Source of the DNA: Myxococcales bacterium | Lineage (GTDB): Bacteria > Myxococcota_A > Polyangia > Polyangiales > DASUME01 | NCBI GenBank assembly: GCA_047601445.1 | Contig: JASGJH010000001.1 | Location: forward strand, 544,001 to 608,000 | Direction of reading: 5' to 3' | Length of the DNA stretch: 64,000 nucleotides | Part shown: piece by piece, positions 10,971 to 20,970 of the stretch | How the letters are laid out: each line of letters begins with the position of its first letter | How positions within the stretch are numbered: the first letter of the stretch is position 1 | Translations under genes and position numbers: made by a program | Notes under the pieces: generated by a model | Seen by the model: only the letters and a program-made list of their open reading frames with translations | Told to the model about the DNA's origin: nothing | The model's database searches: none

Positions 10971-13478
10971 CTACTGGCCGATGACCGGGGTTTGCCCGGA
11001 GAGCAGACCTCCCACGAAGCGCTGCCAGTCGGGCTTGCCTGCGCCGAGGTAGACGAAGTGACCGTCTTCCCCGCTGGCCGGCTGATACTGGTGCGAGCCC
11101 TGGGTGTAGAACGAGTCCTTCACGATCTCCACGTTGCCAGACAGCGGTGCGGCCACGGGCTTGACACCGTTGTAAGTGACCAGCACGGGCATCACCGTGT
11201 CGAATTGGGCCGCGTTGGAGTAGGCCTGTTGGGTCGTCTCTGGAGCGTAGGTGTCGCCCACGCCGTAGGTCATGAAGACGTGCTTGGGGGTGGTGCCGAT
11301 GGCCGGGCTCCGCAGCTGGGGCGCGAAGTTCACCGGGTCGACGGGTTCGAAGAAGCTCTGCAGGAGCGCCAGCACCGGGTGATTGGAGCCGATGCAGTTC
11401 GGGCAGGTCTTCTCTGCACCAGCTTCGGGATCACCGAGCACCAGCGGAATGACCGAGGCGATGTCGACGGGGGACTTCTTGGTGGTGAGGGCTTCGCTGA
11501 GGTCACCGCCCACACCCGAGAGCACGGCACCGATGACGTCGTTCTCGTAGGGGAGGGCCAGGCTCACGTGGGTGGCACCCTGCGAATGGCCGAAGAAGGC
11601 GAGCTTCGTGGCATCGAAGCGGAAACTCTGACCGAAGGCGCTGCCAGCATCACCGGAGGCAGAGAGCGCCCAGCGCACGAGGGAGAAGAGATCCGCGCTG
11701 CCTTGGGCGACGTTGTCACGGGCGGCACGCGGGTTGGTGAAGTTGTAGAAGAGTTCGTCCGAGCCCAGCGTGGAGCCGTTCTTGCGCGAACCGTGCTGCG
11801 GCAGGTCGATGGTGAGGACGGCGGCGCCGCCCGCGGGGAGCGAAGCCAGGTCGTTCAAGCCTGACTTGAAGCTGCCGCCCGTGCCGTGGCCGTAGATCAC
11901 CAACGGATAGCCGGAGGCAGGAGCGGCGGTCTTGGGGAGGAGCAGGCCGAAGCAGACGTCCTCGTTGCGCACGACCTGGGCCGTGCCGTTGGCGTCGAGG
12001 GTGATGTTGCCGCCCGTGGTGAGATAGGGGGCTTCACCGTTCTGGAAGATGGGCAGCGTGATGCGACCGTGGATCTCGGCATAGGCGGGATCTCCAGCGC
12101 CGCACGCGCGCTCTCCGCCATCGGCGCACGGGGAGGTCACCCCCGGCCCACACAGGGTCACGTCCTTCACCGAGGCAGGCATGCCTGCGCGCACCGCGGC
12201 TCGCAGGCCCTTGATCAGCGTGGTGGGATCCTGCGTCGTGAAGACGGCGGCGTTGAGCACCGCGTCGGCCGTGATCTTGCCGGCAGCCTGTGGGCTCCCG
12301 AGGAAAGCGCGCAGCGGCGAATAGTCGCCGTAGGCCTTGGCGAGCGCGGGATCGGCGGGGGCGCTGGCGGAGAGCAAGGCGTTGAGATCGCCGTCGCGCG
12401 TGAAGGCCGCACCCGTGTTGGTGGTGATGCCCGTGGTCAGGATGGCCACGTAGGTGTGGCTGGGCAGCAGGGGCTCGCCGCTGTTGGTGCGGACATTGAG
12501 CCAGTTCTCGCAGACGTAGCGCGTGACGCTGCCGTTGCTCACGCCCCAGGCGCGCGAGAGTGCTTTGCCGTACTCCGGCGTGCCCGCGGTGATGTCGAAC
12601 AGGAGCACGCTGTCTTTGGTGGCGCCGGCGTAGGGCTTGGAGAAGCGGAAGTAGACCACCGGGTTGTTGGCGAAGCCCTTCAGGTCCTGGGAGGCCTGGG
12701 TGGCATAGTTGCCCACGAAGTCCACGCCGATGCCGAACAGGTCGCCCGACGAAGGGAAGCCGTTGAGGTCGAGGCCCGTGGTGCTGCGACGCACGTCGTT
12801 GGGGAAGGGGAGGCGAAAGAAGTCGCCGTCGTCGGTGCCGCGCGGAACGCGGAAATAGGACAGCGCGCCTGCCGCATCCGGAGGACACACCAGACCGTCC
12901 CATACGGTACTCGGCAAGTGCAGCGGATCGATGGGGCTGCAGGTCAGGCCGCTCGTCGCAGCGTCGACCGCACCGGGCTTCGACTGCGGCGGCTGGCACA
13001 ACAAGCCCGCGAGGCAGTCCGTGGTGCTCGAGCAGCTGGCGCCGATATCGCCGTCGCCGGTCATCAAGCAATGCTTGGTCAGGCCCTGGTCGTACCCGCA
13101 GATGAGCCCGTGCTGACAGTCCGCGGTGGCGTCACAGCGCGCGCCCTGGGCGGCCGAGCCGGCCTGCTTGCAGACGAAGCTTGCGTCCTCGACGCTGCAG
13201 AAGAGGTTGGGGCCGCACTCGCCTGTGGCCTTGCACGGATCACCCACCACCAGGATGCCTGCGAAGTCGCACACGCCGTCCACGCAGCCGAGACGCAATG
13301 CGCCGGCGCACTGCTCTTCGCTCTCACAGGGGCTGCCGATCTTTCCCTGCTCTTGCTCGGGGATCCCCGTATCGATGCAGCTGCGGGGGTTGCTCAGGCA
13401 AGGGTCCTTGGCCGAGTCGAACATGCCGCAACCGGCGAGCACCACGACTACACCCACCCACCTCGACGCTCTAAGCAT
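10971..13478 (-). CDS. Cys-rich lipoprotein with C-terminal alpha/beta-hydrolase domain
   Basis: LAGC lipobox; about 5 GxxCxxxxxCxxGLxC repeats; FFRLPFPND; YGHGTGG; IDLPQHG; GHSQG nucleophile elbow; C-terminal DGHF. Confidence 0.85.
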   Translation of the reverse strand: MLRASRWVGVVVVLAGCGMFDSAKDPCLSNPRSCIDTGIPEQEQGKIGSPCESEEQCAGALRLGCVDGVCDFAGILVVGDPCKATGECGPNLFCSVEDASFVCKQAGSAAQGARCDATADCQHGLICGYDQGLTKHCLMTGDGDIGASCSSTTDCLAGLLCQPPQSKPGAVDAATSGLTCSPIDPLHLPSTVWDGLVCPPDAAGALSYFRVPRGTDDGDFFRLPFPNDVRRSTTGLDLNGFPSSGDLFGIGVDFVGNYATQASQDLKGFANNPVVYFRFSKPYAGATKDSVLLFDITAGTPEYGKALSRAWGVSNGSVTRYVCENWLNVRTNSGEPLLPSHTYVAILTTGITTNTGAAFTRDGDLNALLSASAPADPALAKAYGDYSPLRAFLGSPQAAGKITADAVLNAAVFTTQDPTTLIKGLRAAVRAGMPASVKDVTLCGPGVTSPCADGGERACGAGDPAYAEIHGRITLPIFQNGEAPYLTTGGNITLDANGTAQVVRNEDVCFGLLLPKTAAPASGYPLVIYGHGTGGSFKSGLNDLASLPAGGAAVLTIDLPQHGSRKNGSTLGSDELFYNFTNPRAARDNVAQGSADLFSLVRWALSASGDAGSAFGQSFRFDATKLAFFGHSQGATHVSLALPYENDVIGAVLSGVGGDLSEALTTKKSPVDIASVIPLVLGDPEAGAEKTCPNCIGSNHPVLALLQSFFEPVDPVNFAPQLRSPAIGTTPKHVFMTYGVGDTYAPETTQQAYSNAAQFDTVMPVLVTYNGVKPVAAPLSGNVEIVKDSFYTQGSHQYQPASGEDGHFVYLGAGKPDWQRFVGGLLSGQTPVIGQ

Positions 13479-13570
13479 GCCTTCGCTCCCCCTTCGCCGG
13501 GCCCAGGATAAACCAGCGCAGACCGCTCAGGTCGGCCAAACGCTCGAGCCTTATACGCGCGAACCCGCTG

Positions 13571-14704
13571 TCAGCTGCGCTCGACCAGGCGGTCCATCAT
13601 GAAGCGGCTCTTCTCGGTGGCTTCGGCGCTGAACTCCCCGAAGAAGGCGCGCACGTCCTCGAACATCCTCACGAACGCTGTTTGATCGCGCTCGAGCAGC
13701 ATCGTGCCGACCGCGTCGGCGGCTTCGCGGAACGCTCCCGTGACTTGCGCGGTCAGCGGATTGTTCATCTCGATGGGCCCATAGAGCGCCGGATCTTGTC
13801 CGAAGTGACGTGCGGCGACGTACAGTTCCATCAAGTAAGCGGGCGAGGTGAAGCGCAAACTCTCCTGCAGCGGCGTCGCGAGCTTGGCCAGGGTCAAGCC
13901 GAGCACCTGCGTCTGGTAGTGCGTGAGCACCTGCACGAAGGCCATGGCGCGGTCGTGCTCGTCGGCACTGGCGTCGGTGATGACCATCCCGCGGGCGCGG
14001 AAATTGGCGCGCACCCAGTCGGCCCAGGCGTCGCCTCGGCCCGGGCAAAACACCACGCGTTGTCCCTGAAAAGACTGTGCTCCCGGGCCGAACATCGGGT
14101 GCGTGCCGAGCACGCTCGCCTGGGTGGAGCGCAGCATGGCTGCCAGCGGCGCAGCCTTGATGGAAGTGACGTCCATCAACAACCCTCCAGCGGGTACCGC
14201 GGGGCCCACCTCCTCGATGACTTTTTCGGTGATGTCGATGGGCACGGAGATCAGCGTCACGTCCGCGCGGGCCGCCGCCTCGCGCGCCGTGAGCTCGGTG
14301 TCGAGGTCTGCCACCAGCACGGTGTGCCCAAGCTCACTGAAGAGCTCCGCCATGCGACGTCCGATGCCGCCTTTGCCGCCGATGATGGCGACGCGCTTGG
14401 GCTCGGTATGGAGCGGTACTTCGGCCTTGAGGCTCGCCTGGTAGTCGCGACTGGCCCACATGATCAGGCGGAACAAGCTCTCGGCGACCTCCACCGAGAG
14501 CCCGAGCTTGCGCGCCAGCTCGCGCCGCGCTTCGAGCACCTCGGTCTCCCGCTGGGGATCGCGGATGCGCAGGCCGTGCTCGCGCTTGATCGCCGCCAGG
14601 TCGCCGACGATCTCCATGCGTCGCTTGAGCAGCGCGAGGATCTCCTGGTCCACTGCATCAATGCGTGCGCGTACGCTGCCTAGAGGATCGTTGGGCTCGC
14701 TCAC
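13571..14704 (-). CDS. tyrA: Bifunctional chorismate mutase/prephenate dehydrogenase
   Basis: N-terminal AroQ (RARIDAVDQEIL...IRDPQRE), IIGGKGGIG, DVTSIK, THPMFGP, EHDRAMAFVQVLTH. Confidence 0.92.
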   Translation of the reverse strand: MSEPNDPLGSVRARIDAVDQEILALLKRRMEIVGDLAAIKREHGLRIRDPQRETEVLEARRELARKLGLSVEVAESLFRLIMWASRDYQASLKAEVPLHTEPKRVAIIGGKGGIGRRMAELFSELGHTVLVADLDTELTAREAAARADVTLISVPIDITEKVIEEVGPAVPAGGLLMDVTSIKAAPLAAMLRSTQASVLGTHPMFGPGAQSFQGQRVVFCPGRGDAWADWVRANFRARGMVITDASADEHDRAMAFVQVLTHYQTQVLGLTLAKLATPLQESLRFTSPAYLMELYVAARHFGQDPALYGPIEMNNPLTAQVTGAFREAADAVGTMLLERDQTAFVRMFEDVRAFFGEFSAEATEKSRFMMDRLVERS

Positions 14705-14714
14705 AGGCCTGGAG

Positions 14715-17090
14715 CTACCGCACGACGGGGGGATCCGGCAAGCTACCGCGGCGTGAGCCCCCCTCCAGGGCGAGCGCGTCTTCGTCGCGTCCCAGCTTGC
14801 GGTAGCAAGCGGCCATGGTGGCGACGGCCGCCCGCTCTCCCGCTCGGTCGGTGGCTTCTCGGGCTAGGGCCAGCGCGTGCAGGGCCTGGCGCACGGCGGC
14901 CCCGAGCTCGCCGGTCTCGATGAGCACGAGCGCGGTGGCGATGGCGGTGCGAGGCGTCTCGTTCTCCTCGCGATGGCGGGCGCGATCGAGCAAGCGCAGG
15001 GCGCCCGTGCGATCGCCTTTGACCAGTGCGGTCATGGCGCGCAGACGGTCCACGCTCGGGCCATCGCGGCCCGCTGCGATCACGAGTTCCAGGGCGCGTT
15101 CCACGGCGTCGAAATCTCGCCCCAAAATGGCTTCGACCGCCTGGTGCAGGGCTTGCGCCGACAGCGTGGCCGAGTCCCGCGGCGGCTCCGGGAGCTGCAC
15201 CTGCTCACTCTTGGGAGCGGCGTCGCCTGGGGCCCGCTCGACGCGCGGCTTGCGCATGGCCCCGGCTCGTTCGCTAAAGCTCTCGGCGAGCCTCGCGGCA
15301 CGGGCTCGCGTGGCGTCGGTGGGGTCGAACTCGACGGCCGCCGCCGCCAGTCGCACGCCCGAGCGCAGATAGCCGAGCTGACCCGCCAACCCGGCCACTT
15401 CGAGCATGATGTCCACCGCTTCGGGAGCGCGTCCGCCGCGCGCCATGTGATACGCGAGGGTCGCACGTGCGAATGCGTCGGCGCTGGGAATGCGGCGCTC
15501 CAAGGCGCGGGCGATGGCGCGATTGAGTTCGAGCATGCGGTTTGGCGGGATGCCCGCCACCACGACGGCCCGCACGATGGTCGAGAGGGACAGGCCGCTC
15601 GGTCCGCGCTCCAGCAACGACAGGGAGACGAGCTCCTCGATGGCGTCTTCGCGCACGCTGTCGCGCAGCCCCTCCGAGTCCGCGACCTCCGAGACCACCG
15701 GGGCCTCGCCCGGATCGGGCACCAGCGCAAGCGCCTCCAGCATGCGCCGTACGCCTCGCGGGAGCTTGTCGATGCGCTCCTCCACCAAGGCTTCCACGGT
15801 GTGCGTGCTCAAGCGCCCCGCAGGCCCGCGCCGCCAGCGAAATTGCTGCTCCGAGAACACCACGTCGCCCGATGCCACCAGCACGCGCACAGCCTCGGCC
15901 ACGCCGAGCGGGGTATTGCCTCCCATGGCCGCGGCGCGCCGAGCGATGTCGTTGGAGGTATTCTTTCCCAGCATCGAGAGCGCAAACGCGCGTGCCTCGG
16001 CCTGGGCGAGTCCCGGCACACGGATTTCGGCCAGCGTCCCACCCCGCGCGAAGGCCTCCGGGGCCTTGGCATCGAGCGGTAGACGCAGCACGACCAGCCC
16101 GTCGGGGCCCCCGTCGCGCGTGACCTCGGCCATCACACCGACCGTGGCGGGGTCGATCAGGGGCGCAGGGTTGACCGTGATCAGCACGCGTCGCCCGCGC
16201 TGTTCGTGGGCGCGTCCCAGGTATTGGCGCAGCGCGATGATGGTGTCCCGTCGTGACACCGGGCGTCCCTCGCGCACCGCCCGCAACGACGCGAGGGAAA
16301 GTCGATCGGGCTCCTCGTTCGAGGTCAGCACGCGCTCCAGCGTCTTGCCCTCGGGCAGCCGCCGCAATGCGTACATCAGCCCCGAAAGCGGGGCGAGCGC
16401 CGACGACTGGGCGCGCACGTCCAGCCAGGTACAGGGGTCCATCTCCTCGGCCACCTGTCGCAGCCAGGAGCTCGCGCCCGCGCCGTAGGGACCCATCAAC
16501 AGCACGCGATGCCGCCCCGGCATGGCGGCCACGTGTCGGAATGCGCCGAGCTGGTTCTGCGCGTTGCTACTGAGGCGCGGCCGGGCCAGGTGCAGGAGCG
16601 CACGGGTGCAGTCGGCGCGTCGCGGATAGTGGCGGTCGATGGCTTCACCGCGAATGCCCTTCAAGCCCTCCACGCGGCGCCCGAACAGGAACACCGTGGA
16701 GGCGGCGGCCTGGACGGCTGCGTCGAGGATGATCTCGAACGGCTCGGCCACGCTGGCCAGGGCCTGCGCGCGATCGAGGGCGTCCCCGACCAAGGGGCCC
16801 TGGGCGGGCCGCTCGACGACGCCCATGGTCAGGGCAAAAGAGACACTGCCGGATTCCTGAGCGTCGGGCTCGAACTCGGCCACCAGAGCCAGGCAGTTCT
16901 CGACGCTCCGCGCGACTTGCCGTGAATCCAGCGCGAACACCACAGTCCCGCCGAGCTCCACCACCACCTCGGCGCCGTCGCGAACGAAACGGTCACGGCC
17001 CGCGATGCGCCAGAGGGCTGCTTGCGCGATAGCTTCCGGGCTCGATTCTGCGGGCGGCAACCAGCGTTGCCAAACGATGAGTCGTTCCAT
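14715..17090 (-). CDS. Multidomain protein: degenerate cyclase-like N-terminus, degenerate P-loop (STAND-like) domain, C-terminal TPR
   Basis: VGDALDRAQAL resembles the class III cyclase helix; LLMGPYGAGASS degenerate Walker A; GNTPLGV GxP-like motif; Ala/Leu-rich TPR-like tail. Confidence 0.6.
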   Translation of the reverse strand: MERLIVWQRWLPPAESSPEAIAQAALWRIAGRDRFVRDGAEVVVELGGTVVFALDSRQVARSVENCLALVAEFEPDAQESGSVSFALTMGVVERPAQGPLVGDALDRAQALASVAEPFEIILDAAVQAAASTVFLFGRRVEGLKGIRGEAIDRHYPRRADCTRALLHLARPRLSSNAQNQLGAFRHVAAMPGRHRVLLMGPYGAGASSWLRQVAEEMDPCTWLDVRAQSSALAPLSGLMYALRRLPEGKTLERVLTSNEEPDRLSLASLRAVREGRPVSRRDTIIALRQYLGRAHEQRGRRVLITVNPAPLIDPATVGVMAEVTRDGGPDGLVVLRLPLDAKAPEAFARGGTLAEIRVPGLAQAEARAFALSMLGKNTSNDIARRAAAMGGNTPLGVAEAVRVLVASGDVVFSEQQFRWRRGPAGRLSTHTVEALVEERIDKLPRGVRRMLEALALVPDPGEAPVVSEVADSEGLRDSVREDAIEELVSLSLLERGPSGLSLSTIVRAVVVAGIPPNRMLELNRAIARALERRIPSADAFARATLAYHMARGGRAPEAVDIMLEVAGLAGQLGYLRSGVRLAAAAVEFDPTDATRARAARLAESFSERAGAMRKPRVERAPGDAAPKSEQVQLPEPPRDSATLSAQALHQAVEAILGRDFDAVERALELVIAAGRDGPSVDRLRAMTALVKGDRTGALRLLDRARHREENETPRTAIATALVLIETGELGAAVRQALHALALAREATDRAGERAAVATMAACYRKLGRDEDALALEGGSRRGSLPDPPVVR

Positions 17091-17205
17091 GCGCGTCCGA
17101 AGCTGCCCATCCCGCACAAAGCCGTGTACGCTTTGAGCAGCGTTTCACGAGGGCTAGGGGCTTGTAAAGTCTCAGCAAGAAGCGTCCAAGCGCCACGAGA
17201 AAAAC

Positions 17206-18174
17206 ATGATCCAGAACTCTACCATCCTGATCACCGGCGGAGCCGGCTTCATCGGCTCCTCCCTGACCCGCCGCCTGGTCCAAGACAACAAGATCCGCGT
17301 CCTCGATACGCTGCGCCGAAATGCGCTCGCAGAGGCCGGTCTCGACAAGCACCCCAACGTCGAAGTGGTGGTCGGTGACGTCCGCGACGCCAAGACCATG
17401 CGGGAAGCGGTGCGCGGCATGCAGTACGTCGTGCACATGGCGTCCATCGCCGGCGTGGACACGGTCCTGAAGCACCCCGTGCTGACCATGGAGGTCGCGC
17501 TCGAAGGCACCATGAATGCCCTACGCGCGTCCGTCGAAGAGGGCGGAGTGCGGCGCTTCATCGACTTCTCCACCTCGGAGGTCTTTGGCAGCTACGCCTT
17601 CCGAGTGCGCGAGGCCGACGTAACGAGCCTGGGGGCCGTCGGTGAGGCGCGCTGGACCTACGCTGTCTCCAAGCTGGCCACGGAGCACCTCGCCCATAAC
17701 TACTGGAAGGAGCACCAGCTCCCCACCTGCTCGGTACGCCCCTTCAACATCTTCGGCCCGGGTCAGGTGGGAGAGGGCGCCATCCATGCCTTCGTCGTGC
17801 GGGCGCTCAAGGGTGAGACGATCCAGGTTCACAACCAGGGCGATCAGATCCGCTCCTGGTGCTACATCGACGACATCGTCGACGGCATCCTGCTGGCCAT
17901 GAGCCGGGTAGAGGCCATCGGGCACTCCTTCAACATCGGCAATCCCCGCAGCACGATCACCATCTACCAGCTTGCCCACCTCATCGTACGTCTGGCGGGA
18001 TCCAAGTCGCCCATCGTGTCGGTGCCTTGGGACTTCCCGGACGTCGAGCTGCGCGTCCCCGACGTCCACAAGGCGGACAAGCTGCTCGGCTTCAAAGCCA
18101 GGGTGGATCTGGAGGAGGGTCTGCTGCGCACGCTGGATTGGTACCGACAAAAGCTCGACAAGACGACCAGATAG
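17206..18174 (+). CDS. NAD-dependent epimerase/dehydratase (nucleotide-sugar, extended SDR)
   Basis: TGGAGFIG, STSEVFG, YAVSK (YxxxK), RPFNIFGP, QIRSWCYIDD. Confidence 0.92.
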   Translation: MIQNSTILITGGAGFIGSSLTRRLVQDNKIRVLDTLRRNALAEAGLDKHPNVEVVVGDVRDAKTMREAVRGMQYVVHMASIAGVDTVLKHPVLTMEVALEGTMNALRASVEEGGVRRFIDFSTSEVFGSYAFRVREADVTSLGAVGEARWTYAVSKLATEHLAHNYWKEHQLPTCSVRPFNIFGPGQVGEGAIHAFVVRALKGETIQVHNQGDQIRSWCYIDDIVDGILLAMSRVEAIGHSFNIGNPRSTITIYQLAHLIVRLAGSKSPIVSVPWDFPDVELRVPDVHKADKLLGFKARVDLEEGLLRTLDWYRQKLDKTTR

Positions 18175-18254
18175 GATGCGGGCATGACCCGCCAATGCGC
18201 TTGACCTGCCCGCCGGCGCTTGGGAAGATCAACGGTGTTTTACTCGAGGTCTCG

Positions 18255-19367
18255 GTGAGCGCAGAGCGGCGGACAATTTCTCTTCGGGCTGCCCGGGCGG
18301 ACGACTGGTTCGAGAAGGTCGAGGCTTCCGCTCCCAACTTCGATCAGCTGTGCGACGCCATCGGACGCAAGTTCGTCGCGTTCGCGTTGGTGGCGGGTGT
18401 GCGCATCACCTCGCTCGCCATCGATCCCCGAAACTCCGAAAACACTCAGGTGACCTTCGGAATTGGGGCCCAGACCGACGATCACACCATGGGGTTGGCC
18501 GAGTTCCGGCGCGCGCTCACCCAGGCCTTGGTCCAGCCCGAAGAGGTGATGGACCCGCCCAGCGACCTCGAGAACGTCGACAATCAGCAGAAGTTCCTGG
18601 GGGTCCGCTACCTGCTCTTGGCGCCCATCTTCGGCATCTCGGTGCAGGAGCTCCACGTGGGCGGCGGTCGCGAGCCAACCGTGGTGATCGGCCTTGGGTC
18701 GCTGTCCGACGAAGTGTCTATCGAGGAGTTCCGCGAGGTCATTCGCGAGGCCGTGCGCCGCGAGGAGCAGGCCGCGCGGCCCCAGCGCCCCTTCGCCATC
18801 GACCTCGGGAAGATCCCCGAGGCCGAGACGGCCCTCAAGAAGGGTGACTACGAACGCGCCATCGAGATCCTCGATCCGTGGTCCGGTCCCCTCTCCATGC
18901 TGCTGCGCACACCGCAGGGACAGAATTTGGGCGCCGAGGCCAAGGCTTCGCTGGCGCGGGCCCTTGGCATCCTGGGTGCTGCTTACACCAAGAAGGCGGA
19001 GTACCCAGCCGCCGAAGAAGTGCTGCGCTTGGGCGTGCAATGGGTGCAGGACGGCGAGGTGGCCGGACAGCTGTTCGCTCAGCTCGGTGAAATTGCGCTC
19101 CATCAAGGTCAGTACGGTCAGGCCATTGGTCTGTATCGGCGTGCGCTCGCGCTCGGTTGTCCTCGGGTACAGGTGTTGGCGGAGCTGGCCGAGTGCTTCG
19201 TCAATCGCGGTCGCGCCGTGGCGGCCCTGGTGTGCGTCGACGAAGCCAGGTCTCTCGGCGTGCCCGAGTCGCGGCTCGAAGCCACGCGCGCTCAAGCGCT
19301 CGAAAAGGTGGGCGCCCGCTACGCGAAATTCCGGGAGCTCGTACCGCTCGCGGCTTCGAAGGCCTAG
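18255..19367 (+). CDS. TPR-containing protein with uncharacterised N-terminal domain
   Basis: GTG start after GAGGT; C-terminal TPRs (LGEIALHQGQYGQAIGLYRRALAL). The longer ORF call overlaps the epimerase. Confidence 0.75.
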   Translation: MSAERRTISLRAARADDWFEKVEASAPNFDQLCDAIGRKFVAFALVAGVRITSLAIDPRNSENTQVTFGIGAQTDDHTMGLAEFRRALTQALVQPEEVMDPPSDLENVDNQQKFLGVRYLLLAPIFGISVQELHVGGGREPTVVIGLGSLSDEVSIEEFREVIREAVRREEQAARPQRPFAIDLGKIPEAETALKKGDYERAIEILDPWSGPLSMLLRTPQGQNLGAEAKASLARALGILGAAYTKKAEYPAAEEVLRLGVQWVQDGEVAGQLFAQLGEIALHQGQYGQAIGLYRRALALGCPRVQVLAELAECFVNRGRAVAALVCVDEARSLGVPESRLEATRAQALEKVGARYAKFRELVPLAASKA

Positions 19368-19369
19368 CG

Positions 19370-20920
19370 ATGGCGTCTGCGCGGGGCGTGCACCAGCGGA
19401 GCAGTTGGGCGCACGCAGCGGGGGTGTCGTGCCTCGCGGCCGCGGCGCTCGCCTGCGACTCTGAAGCGTCCGCGCCGGACATTCCGGACGCGGGGCCGCC
19501 GCCCTTGCCTCAAGCCGCCCTTCCACTGCTGACCTGCCTGAGCCCGGTCCAAACGCTCGGTGAATGCACCCGTGATGGCGACTGCGGTTCGGGCAATTGC
19601 GTGTTGAACGCGAACCTATCCGTACCGGATCGCGGGCCGATCACGCTCGAGTGTGGTGCGCAGCAGGGGCTCGGATTGCCGCGCGATCCCTGTGAGGTTC
19701 GCACGGACTGCGCCAGCGGGCTGTGTGCCATGGCTGGCAACTGCTTGCAGCCTTGCACGAACGATGCGGACTGCGAACTCGGCACGTTCTGCCTGCCGGT
19801 GGAAGCGCGCCTGGCTGCCGACGCTCTCGCACCGGTCATGGCTTGCGTGCGCAATTTGGCTTTCGAGTCCGATGTCACGGTGCAGTCGGGCCCCGTCGCG
19901 CACACCAGCTCGGATCGCGACCTGGTCTCGCTCGACATGCCGGCGACCCAGGGCACCACGATGCTCTACTTCAAGCCCGACTGCGGCAGCTCGCTCGAGG
20001 TGGATAGCATCGACGTTCGGGCGGGCGGCAGTGTGTTGTTCAGCTACGACGATGTGCTCGACGGCCGCACCGCGCTCAACCCGGTCTCCAACATGGGCCC
20101 GCTCGTGCCGGTGCTCATCCCCAACAACCCGCAGGTCGGCGCCGAATACGAGTCCGGTGTAGCGGTCGGTGTGTTGACTTCGGAGGCCACGGGCATCGTC
20201 TCTTTGGTGGCCGCCAGAGAGCCCGCTGGACAGCGCATCCTCGACCTCAACTTGTTTTTGGTGGGAGGAGGCAGCGACGAGGTGCCGGGCGGTTTCCGCC
20301 CTGGCGATCCCGGAGTCACGAGCTTCACGGATAGGCTGCGGGAGCTCTATGCGGGGATCGGGATCGATCTCGGCACGGTGCGGCAGATCGACGTGGTGGG
20401 CAGCCTACGCGAGCAGTTGTCGGTGCTCGATTCCAACGTCGTGCACGATGATCAGGGCAACGCCGTGGGCCTCGACGTACCGGGCCTCGATCAGCTGTTC
20501 GAGCTCTCCATCGGGGTCGACTACGGAGGTCTCAACCTGTTCCTCGTGAGCGACATGGGGGACCTGTTGGGGATCTCCGGCGGCATTCCAGGTTCGCTCG
20601 GTGTGCTCGGCACGGCGGCCTCTGGCGTGGCCATCGCGGTCGACGTCGTAGGGCTCGATCAGGCGCCGATCGTGGCGCTGCACGAGATGTCCCATCAGAT
20701 GGGACTCTTCCACACCTCGGAGTTCGACGGCACGTGGATCGAACCGCTCTCCGATACACCGGTCTGCACTCAGACCAGTGACCAGAACGGCGACGGCTTG
20801 CTGACGCCTGCGGAGTGCGCCGGCCATGGTGCCGACAACCTGATGTTTTGGAGCGGTAGTGGCCAACGCCTCAGCGACCAACAGCGCGCGGTCCTGCAGC
20901 GCTCCATCGTGCTGAGATGA
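19370..20920 (+). CDS. Cys-rich lipoprotein with metzincin-type zinc metalloprotease domain
   Basis: ALAC lipobox, Cys-rich repeats, [11 protein letters not shown] (HExxHxxGxxH), DNLM Met-turn, DQNGDG Ca-loop. Confidence 0.82.
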   Translation: MASARGVHQRSSWAHAAGVSCLAAAALACDSEASAPDIPDAGPPPLPQAALPLLTCLSPVQTLGECTRDGDCGSGNCVLNANLSVPDRGPITLECGAQQGLGLPRDPCEVRTDCASGLCAMAGNCLQPCTNDADCELGTFCLPVEARLAADALAPVMACVRNLAFESDVTVQSGPVAHTSSDRDLVSLDMPATQGTTMLYFKPDCGSSLEVDSIDVRAGGSVLFSYDDVLDGRTALNPVSNMGPLVPVLIPNNPQVGAEYESGVAVGVLTSEATGIVSLVAAREPAGQRILDLNLFLVGGGSDEVPGGFRPGDPGVTSFTDRLRELYAGIGIDLGTVRQIDVVGSLREQLSVLDSNVVHDDQGNAVGLDVPGLDQLFELSIGVDYGGLNLFLVSDMGDLLGISGGIPGSLGVLGTAASGVAIAVDVVGLDQAPIVALHEMSHQMGLFHTSEFDGTWIEPLSDTPVCTQTSDQNGDGLLTPAECAGHGADNLMFWSGSGQRLSDQQRAVLQRSIVLR

Positions 20921-20970
20921 TGGAACACCTTGCTGGATCCCCGCACCAGCCGCTACGGTCAGCCAAAGCC

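Noticed and set aside
9175..13478. Restriction-modification system around the 9907 methylase
   Set aside because: Both flanking genes are exported lipoproteins; no PD-(D/E)xK or HNH motif recognised.
17859..18254. Long N-terminal extensions in ORF-track calls (also 19157, 25811, 35908, 37239, 48083, 55959 and the minus-strand 4585, 6031, 50443)
   Set aside because: They overlap neighbouring genes or intergenic signals; downstream starts with RBS, coupling or family-typical N-termini fit better.
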